Source: Spirochaetia bacterium
GTDB lineage: Bacteria; Spirochaetota; Spirochaetia; UBA9216
Assembly: GCA_965140585.1 (NCBI GenBank)
Contig: OZ223268.1
Span: 32,001 to 96,000, forward strand
Reading direction: 5' to 3'
DNA: 64,000 bases
The notes beneath the pieces were generated by a model that had not been told where the DNA came from, made no database searches, and saw only the letters and a list, made by a program, of their open reading frames with translations. The translations under genes were made by a program, and so were the position numbers. Below, in pieces: positions 17,712 through 28,714 of this stretch. Each line of letters starts with the position of its first letter. Positions within the stretch are counted from its first letter, which is position 1.

Positions 17712-19628
17712 TTACTTATCGGAAATTGGCTCTAAGTATTTACTTTTCACCGGTATTGTAAAATAAAAATCAGACCCCTTATTCTCGGTACTTTCCACTC
17801 TCAGCATCCCGCCAAGCTTTTCTGTAAACTCCCTGCACAGAACAAGCCCCAGTCCGGTTCCATGTTCATTCCCTGTACCAATGGTTGAATGATTGCGTTC
17901 GACATTGAAAAGTTCGTTAATGGCATCCCTGGACATTCCGATTCCCTTGTCACTGACACAGACGGTTATTTCTGTTTCATTTTTCTCAGCAGAAATAAAC
18001 ACCGTACCATCAGCAAAGGAAAACTTAATAGCATTTGAGATAAGGTTCCTTAGAATAGTCTTTAGCATTGATAAGTCTGTATTAACTTCAATTTCCTGTT
18101 CAGCCTTGTAGATTATCCGGATACCCTTCTGAACCGCAGAAAGTCTTGTAAGCTCTATAACATCTGCGATAACATTATTGAGGATAAGGTTCTCGGGCTC
18201 AATGCTGATTCCTCCGGTTTCAGTCATAGCCCAGTCCAGAAGATTGGATAAAAGATCCATAACCTGCCGGGATGACTGCTGAACCATCTTAACGATAGAT
18301 CCGACATCTTCTTTTGGTTCACTTTCAGTCTTCAGAGCCAGCATATCGCATATACCCACTATCGAGCTTACAGGGTTTCTTAGATCATGTGCGATAATAG
18401 AAAAAAAACGATCCTTAAGCGCATTCATTTCACGAAGCTTTTCTCTGCTTGAAATGATTTCTTCCTCATACTTTTTGAAGACTGTAATATCCTGATTTAT
18501 GCCGAAGATCTTGATTGTATTACCGGCGCTGTCCTTCTCAACCGATATTCGTACATTTATACTGCCAGGTTTTCCATCCGCATACACCATCCTGTGAACA
18601 ATCTGCGCGGTATAGTCAGCTTTATCGGTATCCAGCGCTTTTTGAATCTCGGTCATCACAAGGTATCTGTCTTCAGGATGTACAAATTTTTCTGCATACT
18701 GTTCCGTCGAAAGGGTGCTGCTGCCTGCTCCCTTTGTGTCTGTTTTAAACAGGGAATAGAAGGTATCGTTAAAGTGAAAAAGATTTTCCTCAACATCATA
18801 GACCCAGGGCCCCAGATGCGCAATCTTAAGCGCCATATCAAGCTTGTTTTGAGCATCAATCCTGGCTGATTCAGATTTTTTCCTTTTAGAGATGTCATGA
18901 GCTACACCTATTATCATTTTAGAATTATCATCACCATCCAGAGCCAGAGAGAAACTTGATTCATACCAGACCCAGTTACCATGTTTATTACAGATACGGA
19001 ATTCTATTGATGAAATTTTCCGGCCATTTTCAGCGACCTGCTGTATTTTTTGCATAAATGCAGGATAATCCTGTTCGTGAATAAATTCACTTACATTGAT
19101 TCCTATAACTTCATGAACAGAGTGCCCCAGTTTTTCCTTCCAGTTAGGGCTTACATAATCAAAAAAACCATCCGTCGTAATCGAACAGATAATGTCATTT
19201 GCGTATTCCACAATCGATCTGAACTTAATTTCTTTAGCAGAAAGGCTGTTTTCATCCTCCTTTATGCTGGTTATATCAATGATAGTAGTTATTGTCTTTT
19301 TAGAGGCTGCGGTAACAGAAGCCGATATTATACAGTAACGCAGTTCGCCGCGCTTATTTATGTAGGAGGTTTCGTATTCAGCAGGAGCCCCGGTTTCAGA
19401 TTTAGACCTTGCCTGATTATACTTTTTAAGCCTGCTTGTCTCATTTACAGGCATCAGGTCTGTCCATTTCCGGCCGGTTAGCTCAACCTCGGTATATCCG
19501 CTCAGAACACAGAATGCTTCATTAGCCAGGGAAATTGTAAAGTCCTGTTCCAGGACGGCAATAGCAGCAGCACTATTTCTAAAAATTTCCCTGTAGAGTG
19601 AATTGTCAAACTCGAGATTACCGCTCAT
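17712..19628 (-). CDS. Cytoplasmic triple-PAS histidine kinase
   Basis: Three PAS/PAC units; AHDLRNP, RNLISNAIKF, GTGLGL; likely start MSGNLEF at 19628 after GGGGAG. Confidence 0.9.
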   Translation of the reverse strand: MSGNLEFDNSLYREIFRNSAAAIAVLEQDFTISLANEAFCVLSGYTEVELTGRKWTDLMPVNETSRLKKYNQARSKSETGAPAEYETSYINKRGELRYCIISASVTAASKKTITTIIDITSIKEDENSLSAKEIKFRSIVEYANDIICSITTDGFFDYVSPNWKEKLGHSVHEVIGINVSEFIHEQDYPAFMQKIQQVAENGRKISSIEFRICNKHGNWVWYESSFSLALDGDDNSKMIIGVAHDISKRKKSESARIDAQNKLDMALKIAHLGPWVYDVEENLFHFNDTFYSLFKTDTKGAGSSTLSTEQYAEKFVHPEDRYLVMTEIQKALDTDKADYTAQIVHRMVYADGKPGSINVRISVEKDSAGNTIKIFGINQDITVFKKYEEEIISSREKLREMNALKDRFFSIIAHDLRNPVSSIVGICDMLALKTESEPKEDVGSIVKMVQQSSRQVMDLLSNLLDWAMTETGGISIEPENLILNNVIADVIELTRLSAVQKGIRIIYKAEQEIEVNTDLSMLKTILRNLISNAIKFSFADGTVFISAEKNETEITVCVSDKGIGMSRDAINELFNVERNHSTIGTGNEHGTGLGLVLCREFTEKLGGMLRVESTENKGSDFYFTIPVKSKYLEPISDK

Positions 19629-19735
19629 GTGCTCCCCTATGTCATTAATAAGGATAGGCTGTTGCACGTTCAGAGTCAAATAATTGGATAGACTTTAATT
19701 GGACTTACATTGAAGCTGAACTTATAATTGATTAT

Positions 19736-21443
19736 ATGAAGAAGTTTTCAGTAATTATTATTTTCCTGTTCTGCATTAATTCTGTGCTGCCCGCTCAAAA
19801 TGAATCTCCCAATATACTTGTGATACATTCATATAATCCGGATTATCCATGGACTTCAAATCTTGATAGAGGTCTTACAAATACACTTATTGAACGATAT
19901 CCCTTTATCTCACTGGATAAGGAATTTTATGATTCCAAAAGATATCCTGCTGAACTTGTTGAATCTCCTTTTTATAACCACATAAAGAAAAAGTATGAGC
20001 ATAAGGATTTTGATATAGTCCTGACATCTGATGATAACGCTCTTAGATTTTATCTGAAATACAGAGAAGAGCTTTTTCCAGACACTCCCTGTGTTTTCAG
20101 TGGGATAAATAATATTGATTTATATGATTTAAAAAAAATGGACAAAATTACAGGGATATCAGAGGATTCAGATTTTGTTGCAAACCTTGAACTGCTCGAG
20201 AATATCCCGCTCAACATAGATACTATTGCCGTTATTTCCGATCCGACAACTACAGGCTCTGCAGATTTGATTAAGTTCAGAGAAATTTCAGAACCTTTTA
20301 AATCCAGATTTGATTTTATTGAACTGGTTGACCTCTCAATTGAGGAGCTTCTTTCTGCACTTGAAGAACTATCTCCGACAACAGCCATTTTTTTATAAGT
20401 TTCTGGAGAGATATCAATAATAAACCGCTGGAACCTGCTGTTATAATTCCAAAGCTGGCAGAAGTAAGCCAGCAGCCTGTAATTGGCGCCTGGGATTTTT
20501 TTATTACCGGGGGGGGCTTTCGGCGGAATTGCAATTAATTCATATGATCACGGAGTCCTGCAGGCTGAATATGCCATTAAAGTTCTGGATGGAGTACCAC
20601 CGGGCAGTATCCCCATATTCCGGGGTGAAATTACCACTCCGTATTTCAATTATCAGGCTGTTAAAAAATTCGGACTGAAGATTTCAAACCTTCCGGATGG
20701 TACAGTATTATTCAATACTCCGGACACTCTCTATTTCAATAATCCGCAAATGTTCAGGGTTATCCTTATTGTTATTGTGGTTCTTACCTTCATGGTTAGC
20801 TTTCTTACATTCAATACTTTTAGAAAAAAACAGATAGAGACGGCACTCAGGAAAACGCTTAAAGAGAAACAGATTCTGCTTCAGGAGATACACCACAGGG
20901 TAAAAAATAATCTGCAGACCATTTAAACCTCCAGTTGTATAATATTTCGGACGAAGAAGCTGCAAAAGCTATCATGGACAGCCAGAACCGTATCGAGGCT
21001 ATGGCGCAGGCTCATAAAAAACTTTATGAATCTGACTCGCTGAATGATATTGACTTTGGAGATTATATTCGAAGTCTCAGCCGTATACTGGCTGCACAGG
21101 GACCTGAAGATCTGATAGTTGAAACGAATTGCAGCGAAGTCTCTACCAGCATAGACATATCAGTTCCTGTTGGATTGATTCTGAATGAACTTATAACAAA
21201 CAGTCTTAAATATGCCTTTAATTCAGTTAGCGAAAAAAAATCATGATCACTTGTTCAAGGATAGGAGAAAATAATTTATTACTGACATACACAGACAGTG
21301 GACCGGGATTTGACTTTGAATCAGAGAAGCACACATCATTGGGACTGCAGCTCGTTGAGGCACTGTTGATCCAGCTGCGGACTGAAATGAAATATGACAA
21401 TTCTGACCACTCCAAATTTCTAATGGACATAAAATTAAATTAA
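19736..21443 (+). pseudogene. Frameshifted sensor kinase (ABC-SBP-like sensor + HisKA_2/HATPase)
   Basis: Fragments join into one protein (ILVIHSYNPDYPWT...EIHHRVKNNLQ...NELITNSLKYAF...SLGLQLV); breaks at T7 20388-20394, G8 20509-20516, ~20923 and A8 21233-21240. Confidence 0.85.
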
Positions 21444-21499
21444 AATAAAGGTACAGATTTGCAAGGTCGGTCGCCGGATCCTGAAAGCGGACATAGAAT
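21443..21499 (+). promoter_or_regulatory. Shared motif, copy 2
   Basis: A-rich tract, GTACAGATTTGCAAGGTCGGTCGCC (21451-21475), 18 nt, TAGAAT; box starts 80 nt before ATG 21531. Confidence 0.5.
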
Positions 21500-21530
21500 T
21501 AACCTAAATAATAATTAAGGGAGATATTCT

Positions 21531-22497
21531 ATGAAATCCCTAAAATCCGCCGTAACGGCTCTTCTGCTGGCAGGAGCTGTATTATGCTCTTTTTCATGTG
21601 CCTCATTTGAGATGCCTGGAGCGAAGCCGATTTAAGTCTTTATGAAGATATACAGGAATGGCTATACGGAAGAAAAGGCGAGGTATTGTTCATGACTCAG
21701 AACAAGGTAAGAGCGACAAGCAACCTCACCTACATCGCAGCAGAAGGCAGCGGTGCTGAGGTTGAAGCCTTCTACAAGAACATAAACGGAACTGATTCTG
21801 AACCTGAAACAGGAGTCTTCGTTAACAGCAGTTTTCCCCTGAAAAGGGTTATAGTTCAGAGCTCAGGCAGTAAACTTACAAAATCAACAGTAAACAAAGC
21901 CTGGGATGAACTTTTCAGTGTCACAGCCGAGAATAATACAATTGTTATGCAGATCCTGGATTATGCTTTGAAAACATACCCTGTTGACGAAAGCCGGATT
22001 TATCTCACAGGGTTCTCTATGGGCGGAGTTATGTCAGGATTTGTCGGACTGCAGAATACAGATAAAATTGCCGCAATCGCTATAATGGGTTCACAGGCTA
22101 TTATGATGATAACTTTGTAAAACTTGTTGAAGAAAAGAAAGCAGATACCGACCTTCCATTCCTGCTGCTTGTAGGCAAGAAAGATATGCTTAACATTACA
22201 CCTGATGAATCGGGAAATCCTGTAATTGGAAACATCTATCCGGGAAGCATTGATTTACTCATGAAGTTTAATGAGATTGAGGTATCAGAACGGGATTACG
22301 CATCCTACCCTTTCTGGGGATTTAAGACTGAAGATTCCAGGACTGTTGAAGATAAAGATCTGCATTATGATTTCAGTTATCTTTACAAAAATGGAAAAAC
22401 AGCTGCAGAGTTTATCCTTTTCGAAGAAGCAGGCCACACTCACGCTGATTATTATGCAACCATAGGCTGGGACTTCCTTTCCGGATATACCAGATAA
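21531..22497 (+). pseudogene. Disrupted lipoprotein esterase (PHB depolymerase/peptidase-like alpha/beta hydrolase)
   Basis: MKSLKSAVTALLLAGAVLCSFSC lipobox then early stop; later fragments carry VDESRIYLTGFSMGG and EEAGH in different frames. Confidence 0.75.
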
Positions 22498-22510
22498 AAC
22501 GGATTAAATA

Positions 22511-22540
22511 AGGCTGAAAACCTGTAATAGTTTTCAGCCT
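22511..22540. terminator. Bidirectional hairpin between convergent genes
   Basis: AGGCTGAAAAC-8 nt-GTTTTCAGCCT. Confidence 0.7.
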
Positions 22541-23697
22541 TTTCTCTGAAGTTCCTTTCTGTAAGCGGTGGGTGTTTGCCCTGTCTGTTGTTTAAAAACA
22601 GTATTAAACGTAGATTTTGAATTAAACCCGCATCGGAAAGCAATATCAATCAGTTTTACATCCGGGTCAATTTCTTTTTACAGAGCTTTTATCACCTCTG
22701 AAACTCTGTAGTAATTTATATAGTTATAGAAATTCTTACCATATATATTATTTATAACTACTGAAAGATGGTAATAGAGAATTTTCATCTGCTCGGAAAG
22801 GTCCTTGATATTAAGTTTTTCATCAAGATAAGGTTTTTCTTTTTCCATATATTCTTCAAGCCTGCCTGCATACAGTTTCTGAAGGGGCAGATCGATATTC
22901 AGCCTGGAATACTTCGGACTTTCATCAGTCCGATTTGATAAACGGCTGTTCATGAGACTATACATATCTCTGTTCTGGTTAACAATCAACGGCTGATTTA
23001 TTAAAAGGCTTAGAATTATAAACATACTAACACACAGCGTAGTAAGAATAATAATGGCAACAAGCGGTGTCGGTCCTTTAAAAAAAGCATACCAGAACCC
23101 AGCATTTGAAATGGTAAAAAAGATTAGGGGTGTGATTAGTATCCTCAAAAACCAGTTAATATCTCTTTTTTCAATCTCGGAGAAGTAATCCCTGATATCG
23201 ACAGAGTATTTTTTCATTTTAATAAATGCCAGACATACATAGATCAGGGAGTTTATCATCCCTATACCAACGATATAGAGAGTATTTTTAGTCAGCAGCT
23301 GTCCGTAAATTCTGGGTGAATCATCAATGATAAATGAAGTAATATGAAAAACCAGTAGTACAGCATAAACACTTAAATGAAGCATTCGGCTTCCGAGGCT
23401 GTTGTGTTTTTGACCCGTGAGCGTAATTGTATAAAAATAAATAAAAACACCGTGAAGTGCATTTGAAGGCAATAGTATAATAGAAAACAAATCACCGATT
23501 TTCCACATTCCTAAATTCCAGAAAAAAATGGTAAATAAGAGGCTGCAGAAATCAGAATAAACCATGATAAAAATGCATTTGCCTCACGATTCTGTTTGGA
23601 AACAGTGATGACAAAACCTGTAAGGACTGCCATAGAAATTGAAATGACCTGTGTGTGATGCATCAAACTGTTTAATATTTCCGTAAGTTTTCTCCAT
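22534..23697 (-). pseudogene. Membrane-anchored AraC regulator, disrupted
   Basis: In-frame TAA 22678-22680 cuts off the second HTH (KEIDPDVKLIDIAFRCGFNSKSTFNTVFKQQTGQTP, ending at TGA 22534); 5' part is in other frames. Confidence 0.85.
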
Positions 23698-23819
23698 ATT
23701 CCAGTGATAAGCAGTCAATATTAAAATTAATGCTGTCTGGTATCAATAAGGAATTCAAAACTATGCACTAACCTGTCGAGAAAATTAATATAGGTATAAT
23801 AAAGCTTGGAGTTAAGTTA

Positions 23820-24458
23820 ATGAACGATGAAAAAGATTATTCCGGACTTCTGAATCTGCCTGATAAGATCGGAGAGATATCAGAATATTATGACAGCTGG
23901 GCAAAAGAATACAATGACACACTGAAACAGTGGGATTATCATGCCCCTGAAAATGCAGCAGAAATAATCAGCAACAATGTACCTGTATCAGGAGAGATTC
24001 TGGATGCAGGATGCGGAACAGGACTTGTCGGCACTGCACTTGCAGCAAAGGGATTCACAAAAATAGACGGTATAGATTTATCGGCAGAATCACTCATTCA
24101 GGCATCTAAAGCCTCTGTTTATCGGAGCCTTCATGAGCTGAATATGAAAGAACTGCCGCTGCCTATTGACTCAAACACATACGACGGATTGCTCTGTGTA
24201 GGCGTCCTTACCTATCTGCCGGACAGTACCGACATTATTCGTGAATTCTCACGGATAGTAAAACCAGGAGGGATAGTAGCTCTTACACAGCGGGATGATA
24301 TATTCCAGGAAAGGAACTTCGATACAGTACTTGATACGCTGGTGGAGAATCAGGTAATCGCAGACCTTAAAATATCTGAACCTCTTCCCTATCTTCCGGA
24401 GAACGAGGAATTCGGTAATGATATTCTGGTACAGTACATAAGTTTCAGAGCCGCATAA
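23820..24458 (+). CDS. Class I SAM-dependent methyltransferase
   Basis: YYDSWAKEY, ILDAGCGTGLVG, GIDLS, VKPGG. Confidence 0.92.
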   Translation: MNDEKDYSGLLNLPDKIGEISEYYDSWAKEYNDTLKQWDYHAPENAAEIISNNVPVSGEILDAGCGTGLVGTALAAKGFTKIDGIDLSAESLIQASKASVYRSLHELNMKELPLPIDSNTYDGLLCVGVLTYLPDSTDIIREFSRIVKPGGIVALTQRDDIFQERNFDTVLDTLVENQVIADLKISEPLPYLPENEEFGNDILVQYISFRAA

Positions 24459-24564
24459 ATTATATAAAAATATGTTTCCATTATCTTTACAAATGCGGTA
24501 TAGTAACTTTAATGTAAAAATCAGAGTAATCGATTACAACCTTAGTATATAAGGAACGCGGCCG

Positions 24565-26130
24565 GTGAATACAGTATTTATTATAAAAACGTCTACTATT
24601 ATAGCTTCTCTACTATCAGCCGCTCTTTATATATACGTATTCAGACAGCGTAAACTGTCAAAACCCCTGTGGTATTATGCAGGTTTGATGCTTGCTAATA
24701 CGGTTTATGCAACTTTTTATTTTATAGAGCTTCATGTTCCTAATCTTAACGGTGCAATATTGTGCCTGAATTTTGAATATTTGGGATTGTCATTTGTTCC
24801 CTCGTTCTGGGTTCTGATTGCATGGTCCTATAACAACCGGGGAACCAGTACTGTAGGTATAGAAAATATATGGAGAGGAATCATTTTTCTGATTCCCGCT
24901 GTAATAGTATTACTGGTATGGACAAACCCGCTTCACCATTTAATCTATACTGATATTTCACTCACTCCCGGTTTACCATTAACGGTTTTACAGACGGAAA
25001 GAGCCCCTTTTTTCTGGGTTATAAATGCTTTACTTTCAATACTGCATGTACTTGGAACCGGCAGACTTATATACAGTCTGGTCTGCTTCAAGGGTAGATT
25101 CAAAATGCAGTTCAGCATTATGATTTCGGCAACAATCCTGCCGACTATTGCACATATATTTCTTTTAATGAAAAAAGTTCCGTATAACATGGATCTGGGT
25201 CCTTCTGCGTTCGGCATTTCGGGACTGCTGCTTTTCTGGGGAATGATCAAGATGCAGCTGTTCGATCTTATGCCTATCGCCAGAAACATGGTGCTTGAAG
25301 CTATTGATGATGCTGTTTTTGTAGTCGATTTAAAATATCGTCTGGTTGAATGCAACAAATCTGCCAAAAAACACCTAGCAAAAACAAAATATAAAGACCC
25401 CGAAAAGGTGATGGAATGGACCAACCTTGAACTATGGCAAAAACTGCTGCGAGTTGAGGATTCAGCTGAAATACAGCTTACAGTAGAAAGCTGTATTCAT
25501 TTTTTCAAAGTTTCAAGATCTTCAATTTCACACGGAGTTTACGGGACCCTTGGCTACCTCTACATCCTGCATGATATTACAGAGATAAAATCCTATGTAG
25601 AAAAGCTGGAAACACTGGCTTCGATAGACGGGCTGACCGGGCTGTTCAACCGTCGGCATTTTATGCAGCTTGCAAAGCTTGAAGTATCCAGAGTTGACAG
25701 ATATGACGGATTCTTCTCGATGATTATTTTCGATCTCGATCATTTTAAAAAAGTAAATGATAAATTCGGACATAGTGCCGGAGATGAAGCTCTGCAGATG
25801 GTTGGACGCCTGGTCATGGAGAATACAAGAGCCGGTGACCTCTATGCAAGATACGGTGGAGAGGAATTCGTCCTGCTTTACAGAGAGACAACACCCGAGC
25901 AGGCTGAGTTGTCTATTGAAAGGCTGCGGATAGCTATTGAAACTGCACAGGTTTATCATAATGATAAAAGGATTCCCGTTACCGCAAGTTTCGGAATTAG
26001 TTACTATAAGCCGGGAACCGGCATGACACTTGAAAAATGCCTGAATAATGCCGACACGGCAATGTACGAAGCTAAGCGCCAGGGTCGCAACAGAATATGC
26101 CATTTCGATCCGCTTTCAACAGTGCGATAA
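24565..26130 (+). CDS. Diguanylate cyclase with HisKA_7TM-type N-terminus and PAS-like linker
   Basis: 7 TM; WTNPLHHL; DGLTGLFNRR, DLDHFKKVND, RYGGEEF. Confidence 0.92.
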   Translation: MNTVFIIKTSTIIASLLSAALYIYVFRQRKLSKPLWYYAGLMLANTVYATFYFIELHVPNLNGAILCLNFEYLGLSFVPSFWVLIAWSYNNRGTSTVGIENIWRGIIFLIPAVIVLLVWTNPLHHLIYTDISLTPGLPLTVLQTERAPFFWVINALLSILHVLGTGRLIYSLVCFKGRFKMQFSIMISATILPTIAHIFLLMKKVPYNMDLGPSAFGISGLLLFWGMIKMQLFDLMPIARNMVLEAIDDAVFVVDLKYRLVECNKSAKKHLAKTKYKDPEKVMEWTNLELWQKLLRVEDSAEIQLTVESCIHFFKVSRSSISHGVYGTLGYLYILHDITEIKSYVEKLETLASIDGLTGLFNRRHFMQLAKLEVSRVDRYDGFFSMIIFDLDHFKKVNDKFGHSAGDEALQMVGRLVMENTRAGDLYARYGGEEFVLLYRETTPEQAELSIERLRIAIETAQVYHNDKRIPVTASFGISYYKPGTGMTLEKCLNNADTAMYEAKRQGRNRICHFDPLSTVR

Positions 26131-26133
26131 TGC

Positions 26134-27009
26134 TCAGCGGATTTTCTGCTCCAGCCAGGCCTTTGTGATCGCCCCGCTTCTGATAGTATCTATTATGCCA
26201 TCATCCCTTATAATTACTGTAATAGGAATTGAACTTATATCGAAGGCCTGCGAGGCCTCTCCCGTCCGATCAAAATAAACAGGAAAGGGCATTTTTTCAT
26301 CTTCAAGGTAGCTCTCCAGAGCCTCACGATTCTGTTCACTTGTTGTTAAATTAACTGACAGAAACACAACATCTTCGTCTTTATTTTCCGTATAAAACGC
26401 TTTCAATTCGGGCATCTCTGCTCTGCAGGGCGGGCACCAGCTGGCCCAAAAATTCAGGACTATAGTCTTGCCGGCAAAATCTGAAATATTATAAAGATCA
26501 CCGGATTCGCCGCTTATCGAAAAATCCGGAACCTGAGTATCGGAGGCTACCGCTCCCCCGGCCCTGCCATCCAGAAACCGTGAACCTGCAAAACCGGTAA
26601 TAAGCCCTGTTATTAAGATGATAAGAATGAGAACTGAGGCATTAAGACCTAAACTTCTGAAAAGCGGCGTTTTGCCCTCTTTTATCTTCAAAAACTTCCA
26701 GACTGTATATCCGGACGCTGTCACAAGCCCCAGAATTACTCCGGACGCACCGCCTGGAAGATAAAGAACAGCTATAGGATTGCTGACAACCGTTTTAAAC
26801 TGAAAAATCAGAGGAGATAATTTCCAGACGATTATAAGGATGAATACCGCATTAAAAAGTATCCCGTCAGCTAATTTAAGCTGTTCGGGGTTTTTCCGAT
26901 ATACCTGCCTGATAACAATTCTGTAAATCAGCCAGGACATAGCAAGCGCTATGAAATAAAGGGGCAGATTCAAAGGCCCAAGTGTAATTACTCTGCTAAG
27001 ACTTTCCAA
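26134..27009 (-). CDS. TlpA/ResA-family thiol-disulfide oxidoreductase with Lgt-like membrane N-terminus
   Basis: LNFWASWCPPCRAEMP, SIPIT; 4 N-terminal TM. Confidence 0.88.
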   Translation of the reverse strand: MESLSRVITLGPLNLPLYFIALAMSWLIYRIVIRQVYRKNPEQLKLADGILFNAVFILIIVWKLSPLIFQFKTVVSNPIAVLYLPGGASGVILGLVTASGYTVWKFLKIKEGKTPLFRSLGLNASVLILIILITGLITGFAGSRFLDGRAGGAVASDTQVPDFSISGESGDLYNISDFAGKTIVLNFWASWCPPCRAEMPELKAFYTENKDEDVVFLSVNLTTSEQNREALESYLEDEKMPFPVYFDRTGEASQAFDISSIPITVIIRDDGIIDTIRSGAITKAWLEQKIR

Positions 27010-27018
27010 TATATAACC

Positions 27019-28503
27019 TCACTGCAGAGTTATTATAACAGATCCGTCTCCCGTATTGCCACCGGCAGTATTCGACTGATTTGTTCCGGTGTTGTATGAA
27101 CCGCCGCCCCCGCCGCCGTAATAGACACTTGAATAATACTGACCGCCTGTACCGCCGGAGTATCCGCCGCCTGCACCGCCGCCGCCGCTTGTATTATGGT
27201 TTCCTCCGCCGCCTCCGAAGCCGCCGTATGAATCACCATCACGTGATGAACCGCCGGTTGCTCCGTTGAGAAATGAAAGGCCTGGATATCCGGAATTACT
27301 CTGCTGAGCGGTTCCGTCACCTATAAATCCGCCGCCGCCTCCGCCGCCGCTTGTATTATCAGTACTGCCTGAAAGACCTCCGCCGCCTGCAGCACCGGGG
27401 GTTCCGTATCCGCCGCCGTCCAGGGTTCCGTCAGTTCCGGTATCTCCGTCAACACCCGGGGCACTTCCGCTACCTCCGACACCGCCGCCTCCGCCTGCAG
27501 CTATAAGGGGGGTAACTTTGTAGGAGCTGGCTGCAATAGTATATGACGAACCTGAATCAACAAGGCTTACAAAAGACCCACCGCCGCCTGCACTTGAAAG
27601 AGTTGAAGCGGCAGACTGGGAGCCCTGCTGTCCGACAAGGATGATAAGCTGATCGCCGGAAGTCATGTTGAAATCACCGATTATAACCGCACCGTTTGCT
27701 CCTGTGTAGCTTGAGTCGTAGTTTTCAGCACCCTGAGCGCCTCTTGCTTCTATTGTGTATGTTCCGGTTGCGGGAACCGTCCACAGCTGATACCCGTCAT
27801 CAGCCGACGGATTGGTGACCGCACCGTCAAGTGATGTACCTGAATACGCTGATGTAAGCATACTCTGGGTTGGGCCGCTGGCCCCTGAAGCCCCCGCTGC
27901 CGTAAAAGTATAAGTCTGTGAGGTTAACCACTGGGCATACAGAGTCTGTCTTGTCATAGACTGTCTGGTATATGATGCTCCGCCTGCGTATGAATCACCA
28001 GAACCGTCTGCTGAGGTATTCCAGCCTGTAAAGCTGTAGCCTGATTTCACAAATACATTGGACGGCAGACTGATTGTTTCACCTACAGCAACCCGTAGTC
28101 CTTCCATACTGCCGCTGTCTGCAAAGTTTCCGTCAAAGAGCAGACTAAGAGTCCAGTCCATATTAAGAATAATCTCAGCCGTTTCTCCTGCTGCAAGATT
28201 TTCGGATGAGGTTCCTATATAAATTGAACTGCCGTCTGAATCGAAAGCTTCCAGACTTATTAGGCGGCTGTCACCTGCATTTACTTCGGCGGTAATTTCT
28301 TCTCCGGGAGCAAAGGACAAAGGAGAGAAGCTCACCCCCTCACCTTCTACAGAAAGCTTCAGACTTTGCACCGAGGTGGGTACAGTAAGCCCTCTTGAGG
28401 ATGCAGTGTATATCTTTATTACAGAATACTGGAGGCTATCATTATTTAGAGTGCAGGATATAACTGTAAGTATAATTATAAAAATAAAAAATAATCTTCT
28501 CAT
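27019..28503 (-). CDS. Lipoprotein with InlB B-repeat and ALK/LTK-type glycine-rich domain
   Basis: Lipobox VISC; FTGWNTSADGSG...LYAQW; FTAAGASGASGPT, YQLWTVPATGTYTIEARGAQG, LIILVGQQG, poly-Gly tracts. Confidence 0.85.
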   Translation of the reverse strand: MRRLFFIFIIILTVISCTLNNDSLQYSVIKIYTASSRGLTVPTSVQSLKLSVEGEGVSFSPLSFAPGEEITAEVNAGDSRLISLEAFDSDGSSIYIGTSSENLAAGETAEIILNMDWTLSLLFDGNFADSGSMEGLRVAVGETISLPSNVFVKSGYSFTGWNTSADGSGDSYAGGASYTRQSMTRQTLYAQWLTSQTYTFTAAGASGASGPTQSMLTSAYSGTSLDGAVTNPSADDGYQLWTVPATGTYTIEARGAQGAENYDSSYTGANGAVIIGDFNMTSGDQLIILVGQQGSQSAASTLSSAGGGGSFVSLVDSGSSYTIAASSYKVTPLIAAGGGGGVGGSGSAPGVDGDTGTDGTLDGGGYGTPGAAGGGGLSGSTDNTSGGGGGGGFIGDGTAQQSNSGYPGLSFLNGATGGSSRDGDSYGGFGGGGGNHNTSGGGGAGGGYSGGTGGQYYSSVYYGGGGGGSYNTGTNQSNTAGGNTGDGSVIITLQ

Positions 28504-28714
28504 TTCCGGCTCCTTGAGAATCCATTAACATCAATTACATTTTGGAGCTTACTTTGAGAAATTTATTTAGTAATGGTTAAATTATAGTAATAGAAAAAAC
28601 CAGAATCAAGAAAACTGTTATAGATATTTTGCCGGTTTTAATTCATTTTTTACAAATTTTACTATACATGATAAAATATTGTAAATTTACATTAAAAAAT
28701 ATAGGGAACTGAAA

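Noticed and set aside
27033-27500. GC-rich stretch as foreign insertion or microsatellite
   Set aside because: Explained by GGC/GGA glycine codons.
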